A DNA stretch of 64,000 nucleotides from Oscillospiraceae bacterium (GCA_015064205.1 SVSR01000001.1:55840-119839); one strand, 5' to 3'. Shown: positions 16,788 to 27,383, counted from the first letter of the stretch. Numbers and translations are program-made. The notes: a model not told the origin generated them from the sequence alone.

Positions 16788-17576
16788 ATGAGGCTTGATA
16801 TCTATCTTGCCGAAAACGGCTTTGTGTCAAGCCGTACGAGAGCACTTGATCTGATAAAAAAGGGTAGTGTTCTGGTAAACAATAAAATTGTAACAAAGTC
16901 CTCGCATAGTGTCGATGAGACCGACGTGGTCACTCTTGCAGCACAAGAGGATAAATACGTAAGCCGCGCGGCGCATAAGCTTTTATTTGCAAAAGAGGCT
17001 TTCGGGATAAGCTTTGAGGGGCTTGTTGCGGCAGATCTCGGTGCATCTACGGGCGGTTTCTGCCAGGTGATGCTTGAATCGGGTATAGACGAGGTATTTG
17101 CCGTTGATATTGGTCACGGTCAGCTTCATGAAAGTATCAGGGCAGATAAGCGAGTGCATCTTTTAGAGGGAGTAAACGCGCGCTATATAGACGTTGATAC
17201 GATCGGCAAAAAGGTTGACATTGTAACGGCAGACCTTTCATTTATTTCACAAACGCTCGTGCTTGAAGCACTAACGCGGATACTTAAAGAGGGCGGCATA
17301 TATATCGGGCTTATAAAGCCGCAGTTTGAAGCAGGCAGGGCAAATATCGGGAAAAACGGCGTTGTAAAGGATAAGCGCGTGCATGCAGACGTTATAGAAA
17401 AGGTTATTCTTTGTGCAAATTCCCTTGGTATTGTATGCCGTAAAATAGACGTGTCTCCGATTGCTGGGGGAGATGGAAACCGCGAGTTTTTAGCGTATTA
17501 TACATTTGAAAATAAACCCGGAATAATTCCTTCAAGAGAAGAGATCGAGATCATTGCAGGGAGGGTAGCCAAATGA
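16788..17576 (+). CDS. tlyA: TlyA family rRNA 2'-O-methyltransferase (hemolysin A-like)
   Basis: 262 aa. S4 domain (MRLDIYLAENGFVSSRTRALDLIKKGSVLVN) and FtsJ-type SAM motif (DLGASTGGF). Confidence 0.9.
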   Translation: MRLDIYLAENGFVSSRTRALDLIKKGSVLVNNKIVTKSSHSVDETDVVTLAAQEDKYVSRAAHKLLFAKEAFGISFEGLVAADLGASTGGFCQVMLESGIDEVFAVDIGHGQLHESIRADKRVHLLEGVNARYIDVDTIGKKVDIVTADLSFISQTLVLEALTRILKEGGIYIGLIKPQFEAGRANIGKNGVVKDKRVHADVIEKVILCANSLGIVCRKIDVSPIAGGDGNREFLAYYTFENKPGIIPSREEIEIIAGRVAK

Positions 17577-18439
17577 TGGATAATATTATCGTAATCCCAA
17601 ACGAATATAAGGACGAGGGGCTTAAATATACAAGAGAGATCGTAAAGATCGTGCTTTTAAACTCAAAAAAGGTATTTCTGCCCGAAGAGTACAGAGAATA
17701 CTTTTGCGATATAGACGGCGTGACTCTCAAGTCTGAGTCAGAGCTTTTTGAAGAAGGCGATATTGCGCTGGTTGCGGGCGGAGACGGCTCGATAATACAT
17801 ACCGCGAGAAAAGCGGCGCTTGTCGGCATACCGATCATAGGAATAAATCTTGGCAGACTCGGTTATCTTGCAGAGCTTGAGCTTGAAGATATACACATGC
17901 TCTCAGACGTATTCGAGGGAAAATTCAAGCTTGAAAAGCGTATGATGCTTTCATATGAGATATACAAAAACGACTCAAGAGTTCTTGTGGGAAAACCGGC
18001 GCTTAACGATATAGTACTGACAAGCATTGGAAACACAAACAGAGTTGTTGATATAGAACTGCACGTTGGTAAAGAAGAAGCTTTTGCAGGCCTTTTCAAG
18101 GGAAACGGAATTATAGCATCAACGCCAACCGGATCAACGGCATATGCGCTTGCAGCAGGAGGGCCGATAGTAGACCCGCTTCTTGAATGCATAAATATAG
18201 TTCCGCTTTGCACTCATTCGCTGACGGCAAGGCCGATGATCTTTGGCGCAGACAGCGCACTTAAGCTCGTTAACGCAGGCAGGGTCGATATAAACGTCTC
18301 GGCTGACGGAAGTGACGAGTATACGATAGAGCCTGGTGAACACGTCGTTGTGAAAAAGTCGGTGTATGCGGCAGAGCTTGTGCGGTTAAATCAAAGCTCC
18401 TTTTATGAGGTGCTAAAGCATAAAATGGCAGACAAATAA
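17573..18439 (+). CDS. nadK: NAD kinase
   Basis: 288 aa. GGDGSIIH and STPTGSTAYALAAGGPIV motifs. Overlaps the tlyA stop by 4 nt. Confidence 0.93.
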   Translation: MMDNIIVIPNEYKDEGLKYTREIVKIVLLNSKKVFLPEEYREYFCDIDGVTLKSESELFEEGDIALVAGGDGSIIHTARKAALVGIPIIGINLGRLGYLAELELEDIHMLSDVFEGKFKLEKRMMLSYEIYKNDSRVLVGKPALNDIVLTSIGNTNRVVDIELHVGKEEAFAGLFKGNGIIASTPTGSTAYALAAGGPIVDPLLECINIVPLCTHSLTARPMIFGADSALKLVNAGRVDINVSADGSDEYTIEPGEHVVVKKSVYAAELVRLNQSSFYEVLKHKMADK

Positions 18440-18461
18440 ATTTTTGGAAAAGAGAGAAGAT

Positions 18462-18908
18462 ATGAAAAACGCCAGACAGGATAAGATAGTAGAGCTTATA
18501 AGCGAAAACGTTGTTGAAACCCAAGAGGAATTATCTGAGCTTTTAAAGAAAAGCGGCTTCAGAGTTACTCAGGCAACAGTATCGCGCGACATACGCGAAT
18601 TAAAGCTTGTAAAAACACCGACGCACGGTTCAAAGAGCCGTTACAGTATCGGTCGTGAAAAGAGCGATGCAAATGCGCATATACAGAGAAATCTTCTTGT
18701 AACAACTGTAACCAAGGTGGATTTTGCATCTAATATCACAGTTGTAAAAACGATACCCGGTATGGCGCAGGGCGCTGCGGCGGCAATTGATGCTATGCAT
18801 TTTGACGGCATAGTGGGATGCGTTGCGGGAGACGATACTATAATAATAGTTATGAGAAGCGAACAATCGGCAGAAAGTCTCAAGGAAGATATTGAAAATC
18901 TTAAATGA
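18462..18908 (+). CDS. argR: Arginine repressor
   Basis: The track ORF opens at TTG 18444. ATG 18462 gives the typical MKNARQDKIVELI start. Winged-helix segment VTQATVSRDIRELKL and C-terminal GCVAGDDTIIIV. Confidence 0.9.
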   Translation: MKNARQDKIVELISENVVETQEELSELLKKSGFRVTQATVSRDIRELKLVKTPTHGSKSRYSIGREKSDANAHIQRNLLVTTVTKVDFASNITVVKTIPGMAQGAAAAIDAMHFDGIVGCVAGDDTIIIVMRSEQSAESLKEDIENLK

Positions 18909-18951
18909 TCTTTAAGGCAGAGCACTCATACGAAAGGAGCGGTTTAACAGT

Positions 18952-20655
18952 ATGCTTTCATTTCTGCATATAGAAAACATTGCTGTAATCAAAAAAATAG
19001 ACATAGATTTTTCCGAGGGGTTTACTGCGCTCACAGGTGAAACGGGTGCCGGAAAATCAATTATCATAGACAGTATATGTCTGCTGATGGGTGCAAGAGG
19101 TTCAAAGGAGATTATCAGGGGCGGCGAGGATTTTGCGAAGGTAAGCGCGCTTTTTGAAAAGCTTGACGGCGAGACACTTTCGCAATTAAAAGCGCTTGAT
19201 ATAGAGCCTGATGAGGAGGGTGTTATATCAATCTCGAGAACACTGTATGCAGACGGGCGCACACAGGCTAAGATAAATTCGCAGTCTGTGCAAGTATCCC
19301 TGCTTCGTGAGGCATCAAAGTATCTTATCAACATACAGTCTCAGCATGAAAACCGCACGCTTCTTGACAGCTCAAATCATATCAAATATCTTGACGGTTA
19401 TGCCGCGTGCTCTTTGGATATACAAGCGGCAAAAAGCGAGTATACAGATAGATATGAAGAATACAGAAAAAGCAAAAACAGACTTGACGAGCTTCTCGCC
19501 GATTCGGGCGAGAGCGAAAGGATGCGCGATCTTTTAGAATATCAGATAAAGGATATAGAAGCGCTGTCATTAAAGGCAGGCGAGGACGAAGAGCTCGAAG
19601 CGCGCAGAATTAAGCTTCAGAATGCAGAAAAGCTTGTTAAAGGCTCGGATTTTGTATACAGAGCGCTTGCAAGAAATCCCGGCGGACTCTCTGCAGGCGA
19701 GCTTATTGCAAAATCGGCAACTGCGCTGGCAAAGCTTTCAGAGTACGTGCCCGAGGCGGAAGAGTTTGCACGCAGACTTAATGAATATAAATACGAGATA
19801 GAGGATATCGGAGAGAGGGTTCGCGATTTTGTACCCGACGATATCTCAAACGCAACATACGAGCTTGATAAGATAGAAGCAAGACTTGACAATATATCGA
19901 AGCTAAAGAGAAAATACGGAAACAGTGTTGATGAAATACTTGCTTTCAGAGACCGCGCAAAATCAAGGCTTGACGAGCTTGAAAATAACGAGGAGCTTGT
20001 TATAAAAGAAAAAGAAAAGCTCAAAAATCTTACGTCTTTACTTAAGGTCGCGGCAGAAAAGCTAAGTAACATCAGAAAAGAAGCGGCGCGTGATTTTGAA
20101 GAGAAGATCGGCAAAGAGCTTGAGTATCTTGATATGAAGGGTGCGCGCTTTAAGATAAAAGTTGATATTATAAGCGACGTGGAAAAATACACAAAAGAGT
20201 CGGCTGATGAGGTCCTATTCCTTATAGCGGCAAATCCGGGCGAGGAATTAAAGGCTATGTCCAAAACCGCGTCGGGCGGTGAGCTTTCGCGTGTTATGCT
20301 TGCCTTAAAGAGCTCTCTTGCAGGCAAAGACGGAACGGATACGCTCATTTTTGACGAAATAGACACGGGAGTATCAGGCAAGACCTGCGAAAAGATCGGC
20401 CTTCGAATCAAAGCCATATCAAAAAATTCTCAGGTTTTCTGTATAACACATTCCGCGCAGGTGGCCTCTCTTGCACATACTCACATGCGCATATCCAAAG
20501 CAGAGCGCGACGGAAGAAATGAAACAGAGATCAGAATTCTTGATTTTGACGAGCGTGTTCTCGAGTGCGCACGCATAACCTCGGGCGTATCAATAAGCGA
20601 AAAACAGCTTGAAGCGGCGCGTGAAATGGTACTTGCCGGAAGTATAAAGGACTAA
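18952..20655 (+). CDS. recN: DNA repair protein RecN
   Basis: 567 aa. Walker A GETGAGKSII, long coiled coil, signature SGGELSRVMLALK and Walker B LIFDEIDTG. Confidence 0.95.
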   Translation: MLSFLHIENIAVIKKIDIDFSEGFTALTGETGAGKSIIIDSICLLMGARGSKEIIRGGEDFAKVSALFEKLDGETLSQLKALDIEPDEEGVISISRTLYADGRTQAKINSQSVQVSLLREASKYLINIQSQHENRTLLDSSNHIKYLDGYAACSLDIQAAKSEYTDRYEEYRKSKNRLDELLADSGESERMRDLLEYQIKDIEALSLKAGEDEELEARRIKLQNAEKLVKGSDFVYRALARNPGGLSAGELIAKSATALAKLSEYVPEAEEFARRLNEYKYEIEDIGERVRDFVPDDISNATYELDKIEARLDNISKLKRKYGNSVDEILAFRDRAKSRLDELENNEELVIKEKEKLKNLTSLLKVAAEKLSNIRKEAARDFEEKIGKELEYLDMKGARFKIKVDIISDVEKYTKESADEVLFLIAANPGEELKAMSKTASGGELSRVMLALKSSLAGKDGTDTLIFDEIDTGVSGKTCEKIGLRIKAISKNSQVFCITHSAQVASLAHTHMRISKAERDGRNETEIRILDFDERVLECARITSGVSISEKQLEAAREMVLAGSIKD

Positions 20656-20687
20656 ACTTACCGATAGATACTTACGGAGGCATTTTT

Positions 20688-21596
20688 GTGATAGAAAGAA
20701 TACTTGAAGACTTTAGTGCAAAGGGGCTTTGCACGTATATAATGGATTGCGACATGAAGCCGTATACAACCTTTAAAATAGGCGGCAAGGCCGATTATGC
20801 GGTATTTGTAAATGATCCGCAGGCGCTGGCAGAGCTTTGCGCGGCGCTTGATGAGGCGCGTGTGCGCTACACTGTTGTTGGCAACGGCTCAAATCTCCTT
20901 TTCCCCGACGAGGGCTTTCGCGGAGTGGTCATACTGACCGTGCAGATGAAAAAAATATCGGTTTCGGGAAACAGCGTTTTTGCCGAAAGCGGAGCATCGC
21001 TTATAAAGGTATCGTGCACGGCAAGCGAAGCATCGCTTTCAGGTCTTGAATTTGCATACGGAATACCTGCAAGCGTTGGCGGCGCGATCTATATGAACGC
21101 GGGAGCGTACGGCTCGGAGATCTCCGAGGTGTTAAAGAGCGTCAGATGCTACGACAGAGAAAAAAGGGAAATCGTAAAGTTTGATAATAAAGACTGTGAT
21201 TTTTCATACAGGAACAGTATTTTTGAAAAAAGCGAAAACAGGTATGTCATTCTTGACTGTGAGTTTGAATTATTAAGCGGTGAAAAGAGTGAGATCAGAG
21301 CGCTTATGGAAGATTATATGTCGCGCCGCCGCGAAAAGCAGCCGCTTGAGTTCCCAAGCGCCGGAAGCGCGTTCAAACGTGCACCGGGTTATTTTACGGC
21401 AAAGCTTATTGATGAAGCGGGGCTTAAGGGCTACAGTATCGGCGGAGCGCAGGTGAGCGAAAAGCACGCAGGATTTATTATAAACACGGGCTGTGCAACG
21501 GCAGATGACGTAAAGGCGCTTTTGGAGCACGTGAGAAAAACAGTTTTTGAAAAATTTGGTGTTGATATAGAGCCCGAGATACGTATAGTTGAATAA
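20688..21596 (+). CDS. murB: UDP-N-acetylenolpyruvoylglucosamine reductase
   Basis: 302 aa with a GTG start. TTFKIGGKADY, VVGNGSNLLF and GSAFKRAP motifs. Confidence 0.93.
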   Translation: MIERILEDFSAKGLCTYIMDCDMKPYTTFKIGGKADYAVFVNDPQALAELCAALDEARVRYTVVGNGSNLLFPDEGFRGVVILTVQMKKISVSGNSVFAESGASLIKVSCTASEASLSGLEFAYGIPASVGGAIYMNAGAYGSEISEVLKSVRCYDREKREIVKFDNKDCDFSYRNSIFEKSENRYVILDCEFELLSGEKSEIRALMEDYMSRRREKQPLEFPSAGSAFKRAPGYFTAKLIDEAGLKGYSIGGAQVSEKHAGFIINTGCATADDVKALLEHVRKTVFEKFGVDIEPEIRIVE

Positions 21597-21634
21597 AGTT
21601 TAAAACAACCACCTTGTTTATGGGGGAAAGTTGA

Positions 21635-22492
21635 GTGGAATTTACAATTATTACCGGAATGAGCGGTGCCGGCAAATCACAGGCGGCGAATATTCTTGAA
21701 GACGCCGGATATTATTGCATAGACAATATGCCGGCAAAGCTGATGCCCGAATTTGCAACGCTTTACAGTTCGGCAGGCAAAGAGAGCGCGGTTGCTTTTA
21801 TAATCGATGCAAGAGGTGAAAATGATTTCAATAACCTTTTTGCAAGCATGAAGGACCTTGAAGACAGGGGGCATAGCTTCAAAACGGTATTTATCGAGTG
21901 CTCTGACGAAGTGCTTGTAAACCGCTATAAGGAAACGCGGCGCGTTCACCCGTTATCAAGAGAAAATAATATGAATATCAGAGAGGCAATAGAGAGGGAG
22001 CGAGATATCCTTTCTGTTGTTAAGGAGCACTCTGATATAGTAATTGATACAACGAAAACAAATCTTGCCCAGCTTCGTGAGATGATATATTCGGCTATAA
22101 AGGAAAAAGACTCGTCTAAGATCTACGTCAGCTGTTCATCATTTGGTTTTAAGTATGGGTTGGCAAGCGAAGCTGATCTTGTTTTTGACGTAAGATGCTT
22201 CCCGAACCCCTTTTATATTCCCTCGCTTAAGCATAAAACGGGGCTTGATGATGAGGTGCGCGAGTTTGTTTTCGAAAGCGAAGAAACTAAAAGCTTTCTT
22301 AAAAAGCTTTGCGAGATGATAGACTTTCTTCTTCCGCTTTACATAAAAGAGGGAAAGAGGCATCTTAGCGTTGCCATTGGATGCACGGGCGGTAAGCACC
22401 GCTCGGTAGCAATAGCCGAGGCGCTGGCCGCTCACGTTTCAGAGAGCGGATACACGTCAGACGCATTTCACAGGGATATAAACAAAGAATAA
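21635..22492 (+). CDS. rapZ: RNase adapter / nucleotide-binding protein RapZ (YvcJ)
   Basis: 285 aa with a GTG start after SD GGGGGA. IITGMSGAGKSQAANILED and GCTGGKHRSVAIAE. Confidence 0.93.
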   Translation: MEFTIITGMSGAGKSQAANILEDAGYYCIDNMPAKLMPEFATLYSSAGKESAVAFIIDARGENDFNNLFASMKDLEDRGHSFKTVFIECSDEVLVNRYKETRRVHPLSRENNMNIREAIERERDILSVVKEHSDIVIDTTKTNLAQLREMIYSAIKEKDSSKIYVSCSSFGFKYGLASEADLVFDVRCFPNPFYIPSLKHKTGLDDEVREFVFESEETKSFLKKLCEMIDFLLPLYIKEGKRHLSVAIGCTGGKHRSVAIAEALAAHVSESGYTSDAFHRDINKE

Positions 22493-22514
22493 AAAATGAA
22501 AGGAGAGATGACGG

Positions 22515-23429
22515 ATGTCTTTTGCAATACAGGCAAAGCAAAGCCTTTGCCTGATGAACGTGAAAAAAGACTGTTGCCGCCGGGCTCTCTTATACGGCAT
22601 ATTACTTTTTGCCGTAAACTTTGATGAAAACAGAATAAGGCTTATAACCGAAAGCGAAAAAACGGCAGAGCTGACACTAAAATTGCTTTTTGACCTTTAT
22701 AAGATAGAAGGAAATCTTTACGTAACAAGAAAAAAACAGTCGGACAAAGATGAGGACTCTTTTAAAAGCAGTAAAATAACTGTTTCTTCAAGAGAGGATG
22801 TAAAAAAGCTTTTATCAAAGTTTCTTTATATACAGGGTTCAGATGAGGACATAAATACCGATCTTTTCACATGCGAAAACTGTAAGCCGTCGTTTTTAAG
22901 GGGAGTATTTTTATCTGCCGGGCTTCTTACAAATCCTGAGCATTCATATCATCTGGAAATACCCGTAAGAAGCGAAAAGCTTGCAAGAAAGCTTCTTGAG
23001 ATCCTTGAGGGCGCTGATATACACGCAAAATACGGTGTGCGTAAAAATCAGGGCATGGTATATATCAAATCGAGTGAGCAGATAGAGAATTTTCTTGCAT
23101 ATATAGGCGCGTCAAACGCTTTGTTTGAGATAATGAACAGCCGTATACTAAAGGGCGCAAAGAATGACGCCAACAGGCAGAGAAACTGCGATACAGCCAA
23201 TCTTTCCAAGGTGGTATCTGCATCAAAGGCACAGATCGAGGCGATAGAAAAGCTTTTGTCAAGCGGAAGACTTGAGCTTTTAAGCTCTGAACTCAAGGAA
23301 ACGGCGCTTAAAAGACTTGAATTTCCCGAACTTTCAATAAAGGATTTCGGGCTTACTTTTACCCCGGCGATATCAAAATCGGGCATAAATAACAGGCTTA
23401 AAAAGATAATGGAATTTGCAAATAAATAA
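22515..23429 (+). CDS. whiA: DNA-binding protein WhiA
   Basis: 304 aa. LAGLIDADG-derived middle (FLRGVFLSAG) and C-terminal HTH (SKSGINNRLKKI). Confidence 0.93.
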   Translation: MSFAIQAKQSLCLMNVKKDCCRRALLYGILLFAVNFDENRIRLITESEKTAELTLKLLFDLYKIEGNLYVTRKKQSDKDEDSFKSSKITVSSREDVKKLLSKFLYIQGSDEDINTDLFTCENCKPSFLRGVFLSAGLLTNPEHSYHLEIPVRSEKLARKLLEILEGADIHAKYGVRKNQGMVYIKSSEQIENFLAYIGASNALFEIMNSRILKGAKNDANRQRNCDTANLSKVVSASKAQIEAIEKLLSSGRLELLSSELKETALKRLEFPELSIKDFGLTFTPAISKSGINNRLKKIMEFANK

Positions 23430-23441
23430 GTATAGAAGGGA

Positions 23442-26400
23442 GTGTTGACCGTGTCAAGTTTCGTGCATCTGCATCTGCACAGCGAATACAGCCTGCTTGA
23501 CGGCGCGTGCCGTGTGGGCGATATAGCAAAGGCCGCAAAGCGCCATGGTCACACTGCTGTTGCCATAACCGATCACGGTGTTATGTACGGTGCTGTTGAT
23601 TTTTATAACGCCTGCAAAAAAGAAGGCATAAAGCCAATCATCGGTTGCGAGGTGTACGTTGCTCCGGGATCAAGATTTGAGAAAAACCGCGTTAACAACA
23701 CCGTCGGCTATCACCTTGTGCTATTAGTTAAAAATGAAACGGGATATAAAAATCTTATTTATCTTGTAACCAAGGCTCATACCGAGGGCTTTTACTCGAA
23801 GCCGAGAATAGATATTGATCTGTTAAAAGAGCATAGCGACGGGTTAGTTGCGCTTTCAGGCTGTATTGCAGGATATGTCCCTCGCCTGATCCTTGAGGGT
23901 GATATTGAAGGTGCGATGAGGCACGCGCTTGAAATGAAGGAGCTTTTTGGAGAAGACTACTATCTTGAAGTTCAGGATCACGGTATGCCTGAGGAAACAA
24001 GAGTTCTTGCAGGACTGAGGCGTATACACGGAGAAACTGGTATCCCGTACGCTGCAACGGGTGACGTGCACTATATAAACAAGAGCGACGCCGAAATACA
24101 GGCGATACTTATGTGCATACAAACGGGAAGCGTTATAAGCGACGGCAGACCGATAGGCTTTGAAAAGGACGAGTATTATTATAAATCCACAAGCGAGATG
24201 GAAGAGCTTTTCGGTAGTTATGAGGGCGCTGTTGAAAACACTGCAAAAATTGCCGAGAAATGTAATTTTGATTTTGATTTTGACTCGCGCTATCTTCCAA
24301 CGTTTAAACCTGAAGACAACAGCACACCCGACGAGTATCTTAAACGCCTGACCTACGAAGGACTCAGAAAGCGTGAAGAAGCGGGTCAGATAGTTTACGA
24401 CAAATACGATAAAAAGGTATATACAGACAGAATAGAATACGAGCTTGGCGTTATCGCATCTATGGGCTTTTGTGAGTATTATCTCGTTGTGCGCGATTTC
24501 GTCGGCTTTGCCAAAAGCAAGAATATACCCGTCGGTCCGGGGCGTGGCTCGGGTGCGGGAAGCCTTGTTGCATATCTTAATTATATAACCGACGTGGACA
24601 GCGTTAAGTATAACCTTCTCTTCGAGCGTTTTCTCAATCCGCAGAGAGTAAGCATGCCCGACTTTGATATAGACTTCTGCTATAACAGACGCGACGAGGT
24701 CATCGGGTATGTAAAAGAGCGCTACGGCGAAGAGCGCGTTTCGCAGATAATAGCCTTTGCAACTCTTGGAGCGCGTGCGGCGATAAGAGACGTCGGACGT
24801 GCGCTTGGAATGTCATATTCGGCAGTTGATGCGGTTGCATCACTTATACCGAGAGATCCGGGTGCTACGGTAAGAGGGCTCTTGGACGGCAGTGTAAGCC
24901 TTAAAAAAGATAAGCAGGCAGGCGAGTATATACGTAGATTCAGAGAGGCGTATGAGTCTGACTTTGAAACAAAAAGACTTATTGACATAACGGCGGCGCT
25001 TGAGGGCATGGCAAGGCATACTCAGGTGCATGCGGCCGGAGTTGTTATTACGGACAAGCCCGTTTCAAACTATGTTCCTCAGGCGCTGAGCAAGGGCGCC
25101 GTGGTAACTCAGTATGATATGGATAAGATATCGGCTCTGGGTCTTGTGAAATTTGACTTCCTTGCGTTGAGATATCTGACGATAATTGCCGATGCCGAGG
25201 CACTCGTTAAAAAGAAACACCCTGATTTTGACATAGAGAAGATAGAGCTTGACGATAAAAAAACGTATGAGTTTATATCATCAGGCAGTACCGACGGGCT
25301 CTTTCAGCTTGAGTCTCCCGGCATGAAGAAGCTTCTTATTGAGCTTGCGCCGAAAAATATTGAAGATATAACGGCGGCGATCTCGCTTTACAGGCCCGGG
25401 CCTATGGACAGCATCGGTGAATATCTTAAAAACCGTGCTGCTCCCGATAAAATTGAATATAAGATACCTGCATTGAAGGATATTCTTGACGTAACCTGCG
25501 GTTGCGTTATATACCAGGAGCAGGTTATGAGCATATGCTGCGAGGTTGCCGGATACAGCCTCGGCAGGGCGGACATAGTTCGCCGTATGATGGCTAAAAA
25601 GAAAAATGCCGAAATGGAAAAAGAACGCGAAGCCTTTATAAAGGGCGCTTTAGAGAGAGGCACGGACGAGGCTGTGGCGAACGAGCTCTTTGATAAGCTT
25701 GTTGCTTTTGCAAGCTATGCCTTTAATAAGAGCCATGCCGTAGCCTATTCGCTAATTGCATACAGAAGCGCGTATCTCAAATGCAGATATACTGGCGAAT
25801 ATATGGCGGCGCTTTTGACATCGGTTCTCGGCAATATTGCCAAAAGCGCAGAGTATATAGCGGAGTCGCAAAAGCTTGGTGTTAAAATACTTGCGCCCGA
25901 CATAAACGAAAGCTATACCGATTTTACTGTATCCGACAAGGGTATCCGCTTCGGCCTTGCGGCGATAAAGAACGTCGGTCCTGCTTTTATTGATTCGATA
26001 ATAGAGGAAAGGCATAGCGGCAGGTTCGTTTCGTTTGAGGATTTTGCCGCGCGCATGTCTAAAAGGGATATAAACAAGCGTCAGGTGGAGTCACTTATCA
26101 AATGCGGTGCGTTTGACTCTCTCGGTGTATACAGAAGCAGACTTCTTCTTGCTTATGAAACTATAATAGAAGAGTTCCAAAATGAAGTGCGCACGAATAC
26201 TCAGGGTCAGCTTGATATGTTTTCAGATATCGCGCTTTCGGGAGTCAAGGGGCTTGAAATAGAGTATCCTGACATACCCGAGCTTGAGCTTCGCGATATG
26301 CTGCGCTTTGAAAAGGAGTGCGCAGGTCTTTATTTCTCAGGACATATACTCGACGGTTTTTCAGAGCATATAGCCGCGCTTTCTTCGGTGCCTCTTGCTC

Positions 26401-27008
26401 AGATCGTATCACAGTCACAGTCGGACGAGGATGCCGTTGATGAGATAACTCCTTATTATGAGAATGCAAGCGAGGTTGTTGTAAGCGGAATAATAAGCTC
26501 GCGCAGTGTAAAGTATACGAGAAACAAGGAAAAGATGATGTTTTTAAATCTTGAGGATTCAAGCGCAGAAATCGAGCTTATCGCTTTTCCCGGGATCCTT
26601 GAAAATTATGCCCATCTTCTTGTTGTAGACAAGCCCATAGCAGTTAAAGGCAAGCTTTCAATAAGAGAAGGAGAAGCCTCAAAGGTTATAATTGATAAGA
26701 TCATGCCTCTTTTAACAAACAAAACAAAGGACCTTGAGAGTTTTGGCGCAAGCAATCCGGAAAACAAAAAAACAACCGCCACGCATAAGGTAAAGCGGCT
26801 GTTTTTAAGGGTAGACTCAGAGGACTGCGGTAAATACAGAAAAGCGGTTGCGCTTAGTTCGATATTTACGGGAAACACACCAGTTATATTCTATAACAGC
26901 TCAGAGGGGAAATACTTGTCGGATAAAATGCTTTCCGTTGAGATAAGCGATTTTCTCATAAGAGAATACAAAGACCTTCTCGGAGAAGAAAACGTAGTTT
27001 ACAAATAA
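23442..27008 (+). CDS. dnaE: DNA polymerase III alpha subunit (DnaE type)
   Basis: 1188 aa with a GTG start. PHP domain FVHLHLHSEYSLLDGA, palm (GRGSGAGSLVAY, MPDFDIDF) and C-terminal OB region. Confidence 0.95.
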   Translation: MLTVSSFVHLHLHSEYSLLDGACRVGDIAKAAKRHGHTAVAITDHGVMYGAVDFYNACKKEGIKPIIGCEVYVAPGSRFEKNRVNNTVGYHLVLLVKNETGYKNLIYLVTKAHTEGFYSKPRIDIDLLKEHSDGLVALSGCIAGYVPRLILEGDIEGAMRHALEMKELFGEDYYLEVQDHGMPEETRVLAGLRRIHGETGIPYAATGDVHYINKSDAEIQAILMCIQTGSVISDGRPIGFEKDEYYYKSTSEMEELFGSYEGAVENTAKIAEKCNFDFDFDSRYLPTFKPEDNSTPDEYLKRLTYEGLRKREEAGQIVYDKYDKKVYTDRIEYELGVIASMGFCEYYLVVRDFVGFAKSKNIPVGPGRGSGAGSLVAYLNYITDVDSVKYNLLFERFLNPQRVSMPDFDIDFCYNRRDEVIGYVKERYGEERVSQIIAFATLGARAAIRDVGRALGMSYSAVDAVASLIPRDPGATVRGLLDGSVSLKKDKQAGEYIRRFREAYESDFETKRLIDITAALEGMARHTQVHAAGVVITDKPVSNYVPQALSKGAVVTQYDMDKISALGLVKFDFLALRYLTIIADAEALVKKKHPDFDIEKIELDDKKTYEFISSGSTDGLFQLESPGMKKLLIELAPKNIEDITAAISLYRPGPMDSIGEYLKNRAAPDKIEYKIPALKDILDVTCGCVIYQEQVMSICCEVAGYSLGRADIVRRMMAKKKNAEMEKEREAFIKGALERGTDEAVANELFDKLVAFASYAFNKSHAVAYSLIAYRSAYLKCRYTGEYMAALLTSVLGNIAKSAEYIAESQKLGVKILAPDINESYTDFTVSDKGIRFGLAAIKNVGPAFIDSIIEERHSGRFVSFEDFAARMSKRDINKRQVESLIKCGAFDSLGVYRSRLLLAYETIIEEFQNEVRTNTQGQLDMFSDIALSGVKGLEIEYPDIPELELRDMLRFEKECAGLYFSGHILDGFSEHIAALSSVPLAQIVSQSQSDEDAVDEITPYYENASEVVVSGIISSRSVKYTRNKEKMMFLNLEDSSAEIELIAFPGILENYAHLLVVDKPIAVKGKLSIREGEASKVIIDKIMPLLTNKTKDLESFGASNPENKKTTATHKVKRLFLRVDSEDCGKYRKAVALSSIFTGNTPVIFYNSSEGKYLSDKMLSVEISDFLIREYKDLLGEENVVYK

Positions 27009-27383
27009 TCAGTTTGTATACTCTTTTACAGTGGATATAAGTTCAGACAGCGATGCAACGTATACGCCGCTTTCGAGTGATTGCTGTGTATCGTTTGAAA
27101 GATCGCTAACGCAGATGTCAAGCACTTCAATGAGGCTCAGATCGGAATAATCGCAAACGGCAATGTAACCGTTTGAATTTGTGAGAATATAGGCCGATAC
27201 GGGTGCTGACGCGTATACGTATTCGGGGGAGTATGTTTTATCGGAATCATTATAAAGCTTGCTTTTGGAGTAAAACAGAACGCTGAGGGTACAGAGCAGA
27301 GAGAATGCGCAGACCATTATAAGAGAGGCGAAAAACGTTTTTCTTGAAACGTATTTATACATGTCGTTATACGGCTGATTCAT
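27009..27383 (-). CDS. Membrane-anchored protein with BofC_C-like domain
   Basis: 124 aa with one N-terminal TM segment. NGYIAVCDYSDLSLIEVLDICVSDLSNDTQQSLESGVYVASLSEL resembles, from memory, the clostridial BofC C-terminal-domain pattern. Confidence 0.5.
   Translation of the reverse strand: MNQPYNDMYKYVSRKTFFASLIMVCAFSLLCTLSVLFYSKSKLYNDSDKTYSPEYVYASAPVSAYILTNSNGYIAVCDYSDLSLIEVLDICVSDLSNDTQQSLESGVYVASLSELISTVKEYTN

Noticed and set aside
19617-20417. A 266-aa ORF antisense to recN.
   Set aside because: Shadow ORF. Its S-rich low-complexity translation mirrors the E/K/L-rich coiled coil of RecN.
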